Below, in pieces: positions 1-12,600 of a stretch of DNA of 64,000 nt (the stretch's first letter is position 1; every line of letters begins with the position of its first letter). The notes under the pieces were generated by a model, which searched no databases, was not told where the DNA came from, and saw only the letters and a program-made list of their open reading frames with translations. The stretch is from Trichodelitschia bisporula (lineage: Eukaryota). Position numbers and translations under genes: made by a program. The stretch spans positions 183,923-247,922 of the forward strand of contig ML996698.1 of assembly GCA_010356995.1 (NCBI GenBank), written 5' to 3'.

Positions 1-3000
1 TTTTCTGATGGCTCTTTGACATGAAGCAGCGTTCTGGAAAAAGCTGGAAAAGCGTCCCCTTTTCTTGGTCAACCGGCCTTTTAGAAAGACCGGATTCACT
101 ACTGACTACTACTCGTAGAAAAGGCAGCGGCGGGCCTCGAGGGAGTGAAAAGTGAAAAGTCAGCCAGTGCGCAGAAGGATGACGATGTTTGCGATACTTT
201 TCCGGCTTCCGAGATGTGTGGCATTATCAAAGTCGTCCCCTCCTGCGCCCACGATGTCGGGAGACCGCCAGCAGTTGTCGAATCCTAGGCCAACCCTCAT
301 GCCATGAGTATATGGTTGCCGTCTCATTGTTAGGCGGCTCTGTTTAGGCCATGGAGGGGGGGCCTCGTTGCCTGAGGACCGCGTGGAGGAAAACTATGGT
401 TGGTCCAAGCCCAACGAGGGCCACTGTGGCTGCTAAAGCGGCCACGAATCCACAAGCCATCCTCAAGTCCTGCTATATTCGTGTTGAGCTCCTGTGTTCC
501 GACCAGCATCTCCCCAGGCAAGGGTCACAGATGCATTAGCGTTGACATGATAGATGCAGCGGTTCTCAAGATGTTAGTCAATCTTGCGAAGGTCTGGGTG
601 ATAACAAAACGTACGGGCTGTCTAGCACCTGTTCGAAGGCACTGCTAACCAGTAACGCAAGATAGGAAATAAACCTATCGGGAAAGAGCGGACGCTAATT
701 TCCTGTTGAATCCAAGTTCGATCGCACAGCTGTGTTGTGAAGTATGCGACACAAAAGCAAGTGTCAAGTTGCAAGCCACTTTGAAGGGTCAAGAGCTTTA
801 TCCGGGGTGTATCACACTTGAAGTCCACTGGCGGTCCGAATCCTGAAAGTTGCTCCCGAAACCCGTAGCACCGAACAAAACCAACATCGGGCATCACAAG
901 TTCTTAAGCGCCGCGCTGGAACATTTAAGCCCATCAGGCTTAGGCACGAAAGGAGCACGGCCGTTGAGTCCACTCAATAAGGGCGAAAGCCTTGCATCTT
1001 CGTGCGAAATCCCGCTCCACTTGCCACAAAGTATGAGTGTGATTGACTTTTCTGCCTTGTTAACGACAAAATTGTACATGTTAGAGTGGCAGATCCAGTT
1101 CGAGCCACAGAGAATCTCGAAAGCTTGTCTGTGCTGCATCGATGAATTAGCCCAAGCAATTACGGTGCCTCAGAGACCACGCATAGGTTAGGTCCGAAAT
1201 CCAGAAGGGGACGGCAAAGACCGAGCCTCACACCGCCCTTAATGACAGATTCCTTGGTTCTTTTTGATGCGGAACATCATGGCATTGGTACACCTTAACA
1301 TTCGATGGAATCATGGCGTCAGAGAGGATCATGGCGTCACAGGTCATACCGGCGCTCGGACCCAATGCCCGATTTGGCCAGCGATGGGTATTTGGATCTA
1401 GGGCCACCTGAGGGGTCGTGATCCACCGTGTTGGTTGATTTTGCGGGGTTGGAGTTCGCGACTTGCGCGAGTAGCCCTTGACATTCCTCCTTTCGTCCTG
1501 AGTTCGGGTCATTGGGATCGCTAGAATCGGCATGCATCGGTTGGATCTCCGCGGTCTCGAGGCCCCCATACTCAGGATATCCAGAGTAGGCTGTGCTCCA
1601 GTCAGGTCCTTCGGTCTCGTGGCTCGGAGCTCATTCTTCACTAGGGTTGCAGGTTTGAGTGCTTTGCCCTGAAAGTCGGCCTGCATTCCGGTTTCGTATG
1701 TAAGCGCTGGATTTCGTCGGAGCAAGCGCCGATATCTGGTGGCGATTGAGACGATATTGCCTCTGAAGTTGATTCGAGGAAAAAGCGGTTGTCGATGGAC
1801 GGAAGTCAACGCGAGTGGAGTCACATGACCCTCCCATCCCTTTGGAGCCTCAAAACCTCAACACCTGTGCCTGCGAATTCCAAGTCTCTCCAAGCCAACT
1901 CCGAGACGACGCAACATGCAAAGACCAGCCTACCCTGCCCAGTGCAATGCGAAATCGAAATCTCGTTCCGCAGATTTCCAACTCGGTCCAGACTGAAGCG
2001 CGATCGAAGGACACGGTGCGCAACTCCACCCGCCACCTGGTAAAACTTGAGCGCCCAGCAACGCAATTAAGCATATCGGAGGCAAATGACATGCCCAGGA
2101 GCTACAGTCTTCCAGAATCTCCTTGCTATTCTAGCTTCCGTTTCGGACACGGCCGTTTTGAAACTCCGCTTCGCTTTCGTTCCACCCTGCTACCACCCGA
2201 CCCAACCGATCGCCATGTTTTGTTTACTTCAGAATGACCCCACAAGTAGTCGATCGTCACTCGGCCGTCGCTTGACGATGAATCCAAACATCACAAGCCC
2301 TCTGACATGTCCTCAGGTTAGCCGGAATAAATCCGGAGAACTGTCACCTTCAAACAGGCACCACATCTCTAACCTTCGACCCTTCCCAGCCGCTCTCCCT
2401 ATGCGTCGTGGGAGGCCGGTGGCGGCTCGCAAGGAAGGCAGCTGAGCGTTGGGATCCAGTAGGGAAGAGATTGCGAAGGCCTCATATATTCGGAGGTGTC
2501 GCGCCGGATCACGCCCCCGCTTCGATCGCCCGCCCGCCATAGGGCTTCGGGTTCTGTTCCAAAACGACCCTACTGCACCAAGAGGTCTGGAGAAAAGAGT
2601 CTCCTTGGTCTCAACAGGTAACGACAGGAAGCAAGTAACCATTCTCTCAGTGCCTTCGTTGTTTTGGCGGGAATCTGGTAACAGCTTTGCAAACAAAGGT
2701 GACAACAGCGCTGCGAGCAGCGTCGTCATTCTGCTGTCCCGGCCGTTGGGAGCGGCAGTTGAGCAGCCCAACCACATGCCTAGATCGGCCACGCACTATG
2801 CCATCGAAGATTAGCGAAGCGTCGAAGCAGCTCGATATACGAAGACTTGGCCAGATACAGCGTGCCCCCGTCTTTAGCTCCGCCGACTCTCCGCTCAAAA
2901 TGAATGCTCGCGAGCATCCACCGCCGAGGCGAGGGGCGATGAGTGGGGTTACTCGCAGGGCTCCGCGCACGAGACCATGCAATGCGGGGTGATATTCATT

Positions 3001-3258
3001 TATACGCCCCTGTGGGCACCAGACACACTGGATGCCGACGAGCGATGGAGCAGCCTCGTGTGTTTCATGAATATGCCGTGCAATATCCAGCGCACTCTCC
3101 GCCGGTGCTTAGCCCTCCCCATGCCCGCACCACGCGGCAAGCAAGCATTGCGAACTCCACCGACGTGCTGGTGAGATAAATATGAAATTGGCCCTATAGC
3201 CCGACTTCCTGCTCCTCGAATTCCTTCCTCACTCAACCCATTCACTCTTTTCAGCAGG

Positions 3259-4528
3259 ATGAAGTATTCCAGCTTCCTTTTCGCGGCTTCGGCCGCCGCC
3301 GCGGCCCTCGACATGCAGCAGGGCGCGTGCAAGCTGCCTTCTCCAGGTAGCCCTCAGATTCGCGCTACGGCCCAGCGCAAGTTCTACTCCGTTGGCAGTA
3401 GGTTTCCGTCTTCACCGCATGTATGCCCATCGCTGACGACTGACAACAGCCTACACCCTTAAGGGCAACCCCAACGGCGCAGCAGCCGCAGCGGGCGGCA
3501 GTCACTCGCACGGTGGCAGTGGCGGCGGTATGGGTGGCATGATGGGCGAGGGTGACGCGCAGTCCTTCGCGGCGTCGCCTTCGGGCTCGACCTTCTGCGG
3601 CACCTGCACGGTGCTGGCCGGCCAGATCAAGATCTTCTACCCGGATGGCTCGCCCGCCAACGTGTCGAACGGCATCTACGTCCACCACATCCTTACCAAC
3701 GGCATCGGGTCGCAGCCCGCCTTCGTCCGGTCCGGCCTTGGTGGCTTGTCGGGCGCCATGGGTGCTGGCTTCGTTGGTGCCGGTGATGATAACGGCAACC
3801 GGCCGTGGGTCTATGCGCCCAAGGACGGTTCATTTGAATCCGGCTTCCAGATCGCGCCAACGACGCGCTTCAGCGCTCAGATCGTGCTTGTGAACTAGTT
3901 TGTCTCTCTCCCGCTTTTCTGCCCAGAAACTTACATCCTCCAGCAACAAGGTCCCCAAGACCGTCTGTGTGGCGTACGACCTTGAATTCATACCCGGCCA
4001 CGTCGGCAAGAAGGTCAAGAGCTCGCTCATCTCGGCTGCGGGTATGACGGGCCCGAAGGTGGACCGCGGCCGCGCTGTCAACACCACCAGCTCGCCGATG
4101 GCCTTCTCGGAGCCCGGCTACATCATCCTGGCCAAGGGCCATCTGCGTACGTCTATCCTTCAACTTACTACCTGACATAGCTAATCCCCCTAGACGACGG
4201 CGGCAGCGCCATGTACATGCGCATCTCGGGCAAGAACAGCTACTCGTGCGTCAGCCGCGCGACCTACGGGCACACCGTCGGTGGCGAGGGTGGCCAGGCC
4301 ACCATCTCGGACATGAGCGACTGCAACAGCAAGCCGTGGCGCATCGAATCTGGCGACAGCATGACCATGACGGCCGAGTACGATCTCAAGTCACACCCGC
4401 TGTACGTACTTGCTCTCCTTTCTTGGACCAGAATGCTAACATGACCTAGGCGTGGCACGGCAAGCGGCGGCGAGGCTGGCGTGATGGGCATGTTCCGCAT
4501 CATCTTCGCGCCGGATAAGGCTTGGTAA
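3259..4528 (+). CDS. Secreted protein, SURNod19/PHM-like copper type II monooxygenase-like (5 exons)
   Basis: Signal peptide MKYSSFLFAASAAAAA. GT-AG introns 3398-3449, 3898-3943, 4147-4193 and 4402-4449 join in frame to give ...GIYVHHIL...KGHLHDGG...EAGVMGMFRIIFAPDKAW*. Confidence 0.8.
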
Positions 4529-6112
4529 GCGTGCGTAGTAGGCCGCGCTTGTAATAGTTAGGCATTCGTTTGGATAGCATTTTACCTCTTTGGAGCCGTT
4601 CTCGTTCCCATGTACTCGTGCACGTCCGCCCAACACTCACTCTGCAGACCAAATGACCGAGCCGCAAACCAGGGTCAAATATCTGCAGCCCGTGCCCAAT
4701 AAACCGCCGGCGATTCCGAGCAAAAATTTCCGTGTCATGCGGGCCCTACCCGGCCCGTCCCAGCTAAATGGCCCACTCTGTCATCTGCCTCCGTGCTCTC
4801 GGCCCGACTCGGCCTAACAGATTTTTCTCGGAGTTGTTCCTCGGAGTTGTTCCTCGGAGTTCGTCCCGAGGCGCTGTCGACTGACATCATCGGCGGGCCG
4901 CGCCGGCTCGGCAAGCGCCCCTCGATCGGAGCTTGGCATATCCCCACCATGGCATTACCAAAGCGCTCTATCTCAAATCTGGTTCCAGCGATGGCGTATC
5001 CCGGCCACCCACCCCGCAATCGGTTCAACAGCGTCCCATACCCTGCGTACCACCTAAGATGCAGAATCGATGCGGAACGGTTCGAGCGGCTTCGTTACAG
5101 GACGTCATGCCGGAGTCGCGTCCAATGCGATGCAATGGTTTCGATGGTTGTTGGGAAACGCTAGACAAGTGGCTTTGCCCCGCCTGACCCCCCGATCTTT
5201 TGCGCTCGGTGCCTGTGAAAGGGTCTGCCACAAACCCCTGGTTCCTGGACCCTCTGACGTCATATCATACGACGTAACCAGTCACGTGGAGTGCGGGAAG
5301 CCTGCCGCACGTGAAGGGGGGTTCTGGGCCCTTCCGGTAGGGTGGGACTGGGGTGCCAGGGGAAGTGAGGCGTGCAAGGCTCGGGGGCGAAAAGTGCATT
5401 GAAGCCTTGAGGAGTCATGGCATTTAGAATGGGCTCGGCCTGTGGCGGTGCTACGGTAGAGGTGGCTATTGGATTCAGTTGGGAATCGTTCATGCGCTAG
5501 TTGGATGGAGGGGTTGTGGAGATACGTTGGTACGTTGTATAAACGGGTGGGTATTCGTAACCCCATGAGGGCGAATATCGCCACTGGATGTTCTCCGGTT
5601 CTGAATGTGAGGTGTGAGGAGGCTTTGTCGATCCATTGCGAGTTTCCGAACCTGCCAGGCGTGCTTACTTGCTCGTCGTTGCCGTGCTGGGCCTTGTGCT
5701 AGCAAGTTGTTCGTGGTGTGCCGTATTCCGCTTCCTGTTGAGTTCATCCGCTGCGGTAGCTGGGGATGAATGCCAACAAACGGGTCAGTCCAGCGAGACC
5801 ACGCACATATGATATCGGGCACGCCGGCAGTGTTGATGCACAAGCGCGACCAGCATGCACAGCCACCAGGTCAAACTGAGGAATTTGCCCCCGACCGAAC
5901 GGGCCCCCTGGCCAACCTCCAACGTGGATTGCCCTTTTTGACTTGGCGAAATCCCATTATCCGTCGCTGGTTCGTTGATGAAATCCCATTCCCGGTTTCC
6001 CATCTCCAGGATTACGAGAAAATCGACTTTTGGCCCACTTCCTGGTCTCTCTCATTCGCCCCATCCCCCTTCGCATCCTCCCACAAGGCTCGCTTCTTCC
6101 CTCCAACCCGCC

Positions 6113-7567
6113 ATGCACGAAAAGCCCTTCGAAGTTCCCACAGTAATCGCATCAGCGACTACTGTCAATACCGCCTCCGAACCCCCCAAAACCATATTCC
6201 GGAACTCCCTCCACAACTTGCCAGACGAGCTCGTCCTGATCATCGCAGCCCAGGTTCCAGATCAGCCAACGCTCCTCCAGCTAGCTCGCTCATCGATCCG
6301 GCTCTACCGTCTCGTAACCCCCTTCCTCTACCGTCACTTTGAGCACCACCTTTTCTCTGCCCCGCAGCGGCTCCACCTTTTCCTCCGCACGCTCGTTCAC
6401 CACCCCTCTATCCTGACGCACGTCTCATCCCTCGCACTCCGCGATCCCCGCCCCGGCGCCGCCTTCCATGATCTCGAATCTTGGTCTGCCTGGGCAACCG
6501 GCAACTACAACCCGGCATTGCCCTCTCGCGACCATGCATCGTTCATCCGGGCCGCAGCGCCACTGCTGGAGACGCAGCAGCACAGAGCACGCACGAAAAC
6601 CGCCTTGCTAACGCAAGAAGAAGCTCAGGCAGCGCTCCTCCTGACCCTGACGACACACCTCACGGACCTCACGCTCGAAAACCCCGTCGCCGCGACGGAG
6701 CGCCCGCGCTTCGTGCTGGACCACCTCGTGCTGACGCTGCTGCATCCCGTCATCAAGGCAGGCCGGGCGCTGCAGGCCCTGCGGCGGCTGAAGGCTGTGT
6801 CGACACGGATGGAGGGTGGACAGGGAGGATTCCGGCTCAGCAGCATCGCGCCGTTTTTCCACCTCCCACGGTTGGAGTATGTCACGGGGCATGTGTGCTT
6901 TGAGCCAGAGGACGGGCACTTTGTCGACTTCGATTGTCCAGCAGGAACATCTTCGGTGTCTCATATTGTGTTTCAGCGAAGCAGCGTGTGTCCACGGGGT
7001 ATGGGGCAGATGGTGCGGGCGTGTCGGGGCCTGCGAACCTTTGACTGTGACTGGGCGGGTGAGAGCGTGGGGTGGGTCGAGATCAACTTCGGGGACTTGA
7101 AAGCCGCGTTAGAACAGCATAAACACACCCTGGAAAGGCTGAGGCTGGATACTCGGAAGCATTTCGATTCGTGGCCTGAGCGGGATGACGGTCTTGTGTT
7201 GCCCTTGGGGAGGTTGGATGAGTTTGAGGAGCTGAAAGTCCTTGAGGTACCAGCCAGTGCTCTTATTGGATGGGATGAACATGGCGTCGGTGGCTTCCCT
7301 CCGCTGGTAGATGTGCTGCCGCCGCGTATCGAAGAGCTGCGGCTCAATGAGGGTGCACCGGGGGCGCAAGAGGCGGTGGTTCAACTGGCGAGCAGATGCC
7401 TGGAGTACCCGTCGCTACGGACCGTTGTGATCTGTTTGAGTGCAGGGTGGGAGGAAGGTGCGGAGGAGATGAGAGGAAGGCTCGGATGGGGCAACCACGG
7501 CTTGGAGATATGGTTTGAAGACGGAAGCGAAGTGGATCACTTTTCGTCGGGAGGGAGTGATGGGTGA
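6113..7567 (+). CDS. F-box domain / leucine-rich-repeat-like protein
   Basis: Long intronless ORF. The track opens it at a TTG at 5975; the likely ATG is 6113 in CCGCCATG context. F-box-like LHNLPDELVLIIAAQV followed by LxxLxL repeats (LERLRLD, LKVLEVP, IEELRL). Confidence 0.8.
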   Translation: MHEKPFEVPTVIASATTVNTASEPPKTIFRNSLHNLPDELVLIIAAQVPDQPTLLQLARSSIRLYRLVTPFLYRHFEHHLFSAPQRLHLFLRTLVHHPSILTHVSSLALRDPRPGAAFHDLESWSAWATGNYNPALPSRDHASFIRAAAPLLETQQHRARTKTALLTQEEAQAALLLTLTTHLTDLTLENPVAATERPRFVLDHLVLTLLHPVIKAGRALQALRRLKAVSTRMEGGQGGFRLSSIAPFFHLPRLEYVTGHVCFEPEDGHFVDFDCPAGTSSVSHIVFQRSSVCPRGMGQMVRACRGLRTFDCDWAGESVGWVEINFGDLKAALEQHKHTLERLRLDTRKHFDSWPERDDGLVLPLGRLDEFEELKVLEVPASALIGWDEHGVGGFPPLVDVLPPRIEELRLNEGAPGAQEAVVQLASRCLEYPSLRTVVICLSAGWEEGAEEMRGRLGWGNHGLEIWFEDGSEVDHFSSGGSDG

Positions 7568-8667
7568 CCATTGTACGGGGGCGTCCGGCGCAGCATGTGT
7601 TGTACGGCGTTTGGGTCTTGCGTGTCTGCACAGCGTGTCTGCTCGGCCGGAGCGTGCTCCTGGGCAGACCTTTGGTGCGGAAGTCAGCGAGCGCATCGAG
7701 TATCAAGCGTATATGCTCCACACTACAAGGTGGCGGGTGCACCTTGGTATGCTGCGCCGCGTTTGGTTGTCAGGTAACGCATTCTGCGTGTCGTGCTTTC
7801 CTCCCTTTGCGAATCTTCGACCACAAGTAACATATGGTATGGGACGGACACGGGTGTTGACAGTCGACAATAGCGATAGAGATGATGCGAGGCTCGATGG
7901 ATCTATCTGCCCGGTGTTAGTTGATACTGATGACGATGGGTGTAATGGGGTAGTGGTTAGGCGTGAGTACCGAGTCTTCGCGGCCCCTTTCCTGGCGATT
8001 GGCCACACGGATGCACCCAGAGCCTTCTTCCAGTGGTATATTCGTCTCCAAATCTCAAGACAGGTCGTCAGAAGGGTTCACCGGATGCAGCCCTCCCAAA
8101 CTAGAAGAAATCTTAACGGGATGCCGTCGCAACCCTCGTAGAGATGCGGTGGTATCTCCGTATGCACGTGCGCGGGTAGGGCTGAAGTGTGGCGTGGCAC
8201 CAGGCCGGGGTGCGACGAGTGGAGAGTTGGTGACGTCACTTTTTGTGCTGGATGAAATTGCGACGAGAATAGTATGGTGAGTGGGAGCTAGTAGTGGGAG
8301 GAAGTAGAGCGAGGGTGGGAGAGCGAGGGCGGGAGAGTCGGGATTCATATTCCTATGGTGGGGTGATGGGACAGCATCGATCGCAGTCGATGACCACCGC
8401 GGAACAGATCTCCGGGAAGTATGAAAAAACGACGATTATTGCCGGATTGGGGACGTGGTCCTAAGAACTTATTTACATTTGGTAACCCTGAAAGCTCTTT
8501 TCCGCCAACTCTTTGCTAACCTATAAAAACACGGTCTAGCAATGCATCAAAAGCACAAAATTTATGTACACCGATATCTCGCAAAACCGAAGCAAAGCTT
8601 AGCCGAACGCACGCTCTCTTGTCCTCGTATATCCCTCACATTTCAGGCCTTCATTTGATAACCTTGC

Positions 8668-9444
8668 TCACTTCACCATCTTCTGTTCCGGCGGGCCAAA
8701 CGCCAACGGCCTCGGCTCGCCATATGTAGTACAGGGCAAGAAACGCCATGCTTTTGCCCAACGGCGCTCATACCAAAAGTGCACAAGCGGAGGCAAGAAG
8801 ACGGGAAATGGCAATGCAGGGCCCAACCCGCCCTCATATGTACGGTCCGAGCAGCCCATCAGGATGGGGGTCTGCACGGTCCGGTCGCAGGTCCTGAGCA
8901 CCCAGGCGGAGGTATCAGTCCAGGCCTTTTGCAGCTCATCATTGGGGTAGGGCGCGAGGCTGAGCAGCGTGGTGATTTCGTCGCTGAGGTGCGTTTGAAG
9001 GATTTCACCAAAGCTGTCAATGATGGCCTGGAGCTTGGACCCATCATATGTCTCCGGCGTGGTGGTCTTGACGTAGGCTTCCAGTGCAGCGAGTCCGGGC
9101 TCGAACGCTTCATGTTGTTCCACATTGCCGCTCATGACGCCGGTGTTGCCGGTGATCTCCTCAACGCGCGGGAAGAACATATCTTCTTCCGTGGTGTGAT
9201 GGTGGTGAAGTTCATACAGCCAGTGCGCGATGAGCTGCAGGAGGTCCCTGATGTCAGTCGGGGTTGAGACATAGGGCGCTTGGTTGTAGATGGCGTTGAG
9301 ACAGCGCAGGACGGCGTTGTGGATGTACACCATCTCTTGGGCCATGCGTACGCTGAAATGTTGCTTGCCGGATTTGTCGGTCGACGTAGGGCGCGGAGTA
9401 GGGATGAGAGGAAAGGGGGTATCGGCCCAGGGTCGAGGAGACAT
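8668..9444 (-). CDS. Hemerythrin HHE cation-binding domain protein
   Basis: 258-aa ORF with EMVYIHN, LHHHHTTEEDMFFP, VEQHEAF and HLSDEI, the HHE di-iron ligand pattern of fungal hemerythrin-like proteins. Confidence 0.9.
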   Translation of the reverse strand: MSPRPWADTPFPLIPTPRPTSTDKSGKQHFSVRMAQEMVYIHNAVLRCLNAIYNQAPYVSTPTDIRDLLQLIAHWLYELHHHHTTEEDMFFPRVEEITGNTGVMSGNVEQHEAFEPGLAALEAYVKTTTPETYDGSKLQAIIDSFGEILQTHLSDEITTLLSLAPYPNDELQKAWTDTSAWVLRTCDRTVQTPILMGCSDRTYEGGLGPALPFPVFLPPLVHFWYERRWAKAWRFLPCTTYGEPRPLAFGPPEQKMVK

Positions 9445-9604
9445 GGTGAACGGTTGGGGTTGAGATTTGTAAAAGAGGTAAGTTCAAAGAACCGCTTTTT
9501 GAGCAAGCCGAGCTTTGAACGTAAACAGAGGTCGAAGTAAGTATATTGTAGGATAGCGGATGAGGAACCTGGTGAACAAACGTCGACCACGACCGGCAAC
9601 TTGC

Positions 9605-9612
9605 TTTATATA
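9605..9612 (-). promoter_or_regulatory. TATA box (TATATAAA) upstream of hemerythrin gene
   Basis: Consensus TATATAAA on the minus strand about 160 nt upstream of ATG 9444. Confidence 0.5.
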
Positions 9613-12600
9613 CGCACATCCTCTCGACTCCAAAAATATCATCACCAGAGCTGTCTGCTGGGCTTCAACCTCCATCACAACAGCATGCACGAGAGAATGC
9701 CCTCGCGACCCAACCTCCACACCACATACGGCGTATAGACACAGGAGTACGAGGCTCGGCAGAAGCCTCACGGCGTTGCCGACGACTTCCAAGAGCCACG
9801 TTCCCCGGCTTCTAGAAGCCTACAGGGGGAGAAGTGGTGATGCAAAGTGTGGAGGTGAGCCAGCCTGATGGTAACAGGGATGCGCGTGGGGGAAGAATGA
9901 AAAAAGATAACCAGTACGAGTAGACCGCAATGCATGATGAATAGAAATTCCACGACACCATTAGGCATTCGTATGCACTGCGGCTGATTCCCATGCTCCC
10001 GGGGTTATTTTTGGGATGACATATTGGGGCTAGGCTGCGTTTGGAAGGGACAGCCTGCGGCTGAGTGTGGCGCCCTTGCGGTGGAGTGTCGCTGCATCTG
10101 AGGGAAATGCACGATATCGGGACGGTGCGCGTGGTTGAGCATAATTTGGTCCCTCAGCACGCATGCAGCGAACGCGTGGGCTTCGAGGTCCGTAAGAGGA
10201 CGCCGTAATACGAAGCACAAGATCAACCGGCACTTCTTGTTGCTCTCCCACGAACGTGACTGGTGCTCTGACCGAATTAACATTGGTGCCGGATTCCCGC
10301 GCATCGCGATGGAAAACCTTAAGGTCGACGAAAAGAATGTAGCGTCCATCCCACAACCCCCCATCACCGCACAGGCGAGGAATTGAAAAAGGTACAGACG
10401 AGCGCAATCGCTCTACAAGGCAGGGAACGGAAGCCCATCCACAACCCACACGCCTATCCTCCACCCACCAACACACTCCATCCCTCAAGCCTTAGCCGCG
10501 TTTGGCGACGCGACCAGCTCTCAGAACTAGCGGAACAGTGGTGAATGGAAAGACAAAAGCCGTGGGAGAATGGCCCTCAACTAGTCCGCCGAAGCGGAGC
10601 CTTGATGAAGATTAATTCTTCTACTGATGTTGTTTGGAGGAGGGTCGAGGGAAGCCCACGCTTAAGTACTGGAGAATTTTTCGAGTCATGTGACTACTAG
10701 CCTTGGCGAAACGGAAAAGTTGTGGTCCGTTTGTCCGCGACTTCCACGCTTTGTACAGGCTCTGACTTCTCCGCGCTGTGCTTGGACCAAGGGGTCGCGT
10801 TCGCGGCGCGCGAACGGAGGCCTTGGCGGAATAAAGTCATTGCTGTCCAAGTGGGGCGCGACATCGGTTATGACGGACATGATTTTGTTGACGATATTTG
10901 AACATGTCTGTCACGATAGCGACTAGAAATATATGTTGTAGTTTGTGAGAATTTAAGGCCGATGATGGCGGCTGGCCCTTTCAACTGTAGGAAGGTCAAC
11001 CGCCATGCAGAAAAGGGCGCCTTCAAAGATCCACACACTTAGCAAGATACTCTAACATATGCCTCAACAGGTTGTGCATTACCTATCAGAATCGATGCAG
11101 GCCATGGCGAGAGCCAGAGTAAATGACATTGCAAGGCTGCACCTCAGGAGGGTCACTTGCATGCTGGTGAAGTTCAAGAGAAATTTCTGAGGCTAAGTGC
11201 CTTCTCACAAAAGAGAGCATAGCAGTACCATTGCAGAGTCTGGCAGCGAGGGCTTTCAGAGCAATATTGATTTACTCCATGTCGGCCAAGATAGCCCGAG
11301 CACATCTCTAAACAAGTACTTGAGCAAGAGCCTCAACCGCGTAAGGGACAAGTTGCGGAGGGAGAAGTAACCCCGTCAATAACGAAGCGCCGTGCAGATC
11401 TCTACAGTCAGTTTAGGATTTTCCCGGCACCGGCATATTTGAGCTGTGCATACCACAGTACGCGCGCATTCGGAAGAGCCGGCAGGTTCCCAGATAGATA
11501 TACAAGCAGCGAAGGTACCTGACGCATATCCCATGAGTATATGCAAGTGACGGGCTTTAGCTGGTGATGTCCGGCTCGTCCCATTTTGAGTTCGTGGTAG
11601 GTCTGCCAGTTGTGCAGGCGAGATGACCTGAAGGTATTAAAGATGGCGCTGGTTCTCCGCTGCGAAAACAACGAAATTGACTGAAGGGGATGGGCGGAGA
11701 TAGTCAGCCGCACAGCCGTGTTGATTGTGTCCGCGAAGATTCATTACTGCTAGCCTTCTGGGGGAAGATTGGGCTCAATAATGAGATCAACGTGAGCGAC
11801 AGCTGGACGTATCATGCAAACCATTGCCAAAACAGCTGATATGCTCGACCGCAGTCTCTCCTTTGGATTTGTAGGAGGTGAACTTATCGATCCGCACTAA
11901 CTTCGGCAAAAACGGCAGCTAGAGATTAGTATCAGCCCTCCGAGGGACCGGAAAATTGACCTATGCTCAGAAGCTGAAGAGAGGGATCCAAGCCATAAAG
12001 TTGTGTTACTACTAAATGAGTACCCGGTTTCAGGCCTGAGCGTGCCATTGAACGGTGGGGCCAATGAATGCGTCCGCGGGGGCGACAGTGTATCAGTCCA
12101 AAGTCCACACGAGAGGAGTATACCCACCCTATCCGAATGACGAGCAAAGCGAAGCGAGCAAAAAAAATCTAGGCTATCACGGCCTTGCTTGTCCCTTCGC
12201 GGGCGTGATCAGAACGGCCGAAATCAAGCAAGCATTGAGGCTATCTTGCACCAAGAAGCTTGAGGCTGGGGACACGCAACCCATTGCAGATCTGAAATAC
12301 GGACTCCTGGGCGTTTTTGTCTCAACAGGCCGCCTTGCCCAGAGAACGCGCAGCTCGTTTTCAGATCTTGCAATGTTGTATCCGTATCCGGAAGGCGCTT
12401 CGGAGGCTCAGCGTTAGCCCGTCCGTCCGGAACGTCGTAGTGTACAGAGGCCAAGCGGATATTCGACGCTGGCGCGCTCTTGGAAGGCGATCGTGTGGTT
12501 TTAGTGGCTTCTAGGTACAGCGGGTTAGGTATTGCCATCGTCGTTACTCGTGCTGTGGATATGTGCGCCGTATCGGATGGATGACCACTGCACATCGTGA

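Noticed and set aside
330..3200. Several 100-200 aa ORFs (e.g. 1228-1824 minus) and an RTWIQQE string near 700 resembling a HET motif
   Set aside because: No further family motifs, no coherent splice model and no clear codon bias; a single short match is insufficient.
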